Under the pieces are notes generated by a model. That model saw nothing but the letters and a program-made list of their open reading frames with translations, was not told the origin of the DNA and made no database searches. Below, piece by piece: positions 18,793 to 20,000 of a stretch of DNA of 20,000 nucleotides; the first letter of the stretch is position 1, and each line of letters begins with the position of its first letter. This stretch comes from Scenedesmus sp. PABB004 (taxonomy: Eukaryota): NCBI GenBank assembly GCA_014905635.1, contig JABVCE010000027.1, positions 484,319 to 504,318 of the forward strand. Direction: 5' to 3'. The position numbers and the translations under genes were made by a program.

Positions 18793-19785
18793 GCGGCCGG
18801 GGGGCGGCTTCACCAAGCGCGGGCGCCTCAACCGCTCGCCGACGTGCCGGCGGTGGAGTACATCGCGCGCGTGCTGGCGCGGCGCGGCTGACGCGGGTGG
18901 CTGCGCCGCCGCGGCAGGGGCCAAGGCGTGGCGGGGCGTGCTGCCGTGTGCGGTGCCGCGCAGCGCTCGTGCGGCGTGTGGCAATCAGCGGCACACAGCC
19001 GTCCGTGCGTGCGTGAGGGCGCGAGCTGCAATTGTGCCCGGCTGCTGAGCGCATGCACGCGCACGCCTCTCCGCCCGCTGGCCAACGCGGGGCTCGCAGC
19101 GGCCGCGCGGGCGCGTATGTGCATGACGGGCCGGTCACACCGCCGGCATTTGATCGCGCGTGTCCACCGCCGTTCGCTGCGCAGCTCCCGCTGCCGTGCC
19201 TGCGACCTCGCTGCACGCCGCCCTGCTGCCGCGTTCGTTGCGACAATCGCAATACGGGTCAGTCTGCCAGGTCCTACCCAGCGCGGCGCGTGCGTTGCGG
19301 CAGCGTGCGCGCGCCCCCGGCGCGGTCGGGAAGCCGGGAAGCTCGGCAGAGCGGAGCCCCGCCGGGCAAGAATGCGCGCCCGTCCCGCATCCGCGCAGCT
19401 TTCCGCGTGCTCCCCCTGCTTGATAGCCCCACGAGGCATCCAATCCAGCGGCCCTGCGACCCCTGTGCCGTGCCTGCGCGAGAGCCCAGGGCCGGCCGTC
19501 GGCGCAGCGGGGACCGCAAGCGCCCGCACGCCTCCGCGCGCCCTCCCGGCGCGTGCCTGCGAGCCTGTCCAGTCTATGGCCATCATGCCCCCTCGGCGGG
19601 CGGTGCTGTACGTGCTGGCGGCCGCGCTGGCTGCCGCACTGCTCGCGCCGCCCGCACACGCTCGGGGCACCTTCGCGATGAGCAAGCCGTGCAAACCCGG
19701 GACCTTTCTAGAGGCCGGTGCCTGCGTGGCGTGTCGGCCGCCCTTCTACTGCCCTGGCGGGGCCGCCGCGCCCAAGCGCTGCTCC
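18518..19785. repeat. Telomere-proximal arm of the inverted duplication of 12747-13952
   Basis: Direct reverse-complement match. The left junction shares a CACGC microhomology and the right end abuts the telomere. Confidence 0.97.
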
Positions 19786-19794
19786 AGGGTTTAG
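19576..19794 (+). pseudogene. Telomere-truncated copy of exon 1 of the secreted mosaic gene (72-aa ORF, stop codon supplied by the telomere repeat)
   Basis: Same protein as the N-terminus starting at 12956- up to ..APKRCS, then RV* read from AGG GTT TAG. Confidence 0.85.
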
Positions 19795-20000
19795 GGTTTA
19801 GGTTTTAGGGTTTAGGTTTTAGGGTTTAGGGTTTAGGGTTTAGGTTTAGGGTTTAGGGTTTTAGGTTTAGGGTTTAGGGTTTAGGGTTTAGGGTTTAGGG
19901 TTTAGGGTTTAGGGTTTAGGGTTTAGGGTTTAGGGTTTAGGGTTTAGGGTTTAGGGTTTAGGGTTTAGGGTTTAGGGTTTAGGGTTTAGGGTTTAGGGTT
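19786..20000 (+). repeat. Telomere, (TTTAGGG)n
   Basis: About 30 tandem heptamers running to the window end, G-rich strand pointing outward. TTTAGG and TTTTAGG(G) variants are confined to the proximal ~80 bp. Confidence 0.99.

Noticed and set aside
12747..19785. Inverted repeats as the terminal inverted repeats of a DNA transposon
   Set aside because: The arms consist of host gene fragments. There is no transposase or target-site duplication, and one arm ends in the telomere.
1..19800. Numerous long overlapping Ala/Arg/Pro/Gly-rich ORFs on both strands
   Set aside because: Stop codons are rare at this GC content. These are shadow frames or intron read-through of the spliced genes.

Overview
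A very GC-rich, intron-containing eukaryotic chromosome end that finishes in a plant-type TTTAGGG telomere. A green alga is likely, possibly Sphaeropleales; this is inferred from GC content, short introns with GTGCGC/GTGAG donors, and gene content. Most listed ORFs are GC shadows. Splicing by hand gives six genes: (1) the 3' part of a histidine kinase-receiver-cyclase protein (histidine kinase rhodopsin/2c-Cyclop-like layout) with a degenerate cyclase; (2) a UPF0014 (FetB/STAR2/ALS3-like) permease; (3) an 18-exon, ~1487 aa secreted mosaic protein whose algal Cys-rich modules, including a near-identical 302-bp exon+intron array, are fused to bacterial-looking cadherin-like and beta-sandwich domains; (4) CDC26 and (5) TTM3, 29 nt apart as a bicistronic unit; and (6) a peptide:N-glycanase with an apparent C-terminal PUB domain. 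The last ~1.5 kb is a microhomology-joined inverted duplication of 12747-13952. It is capped by a telomere added inside the copied first exon of the secreted gene.
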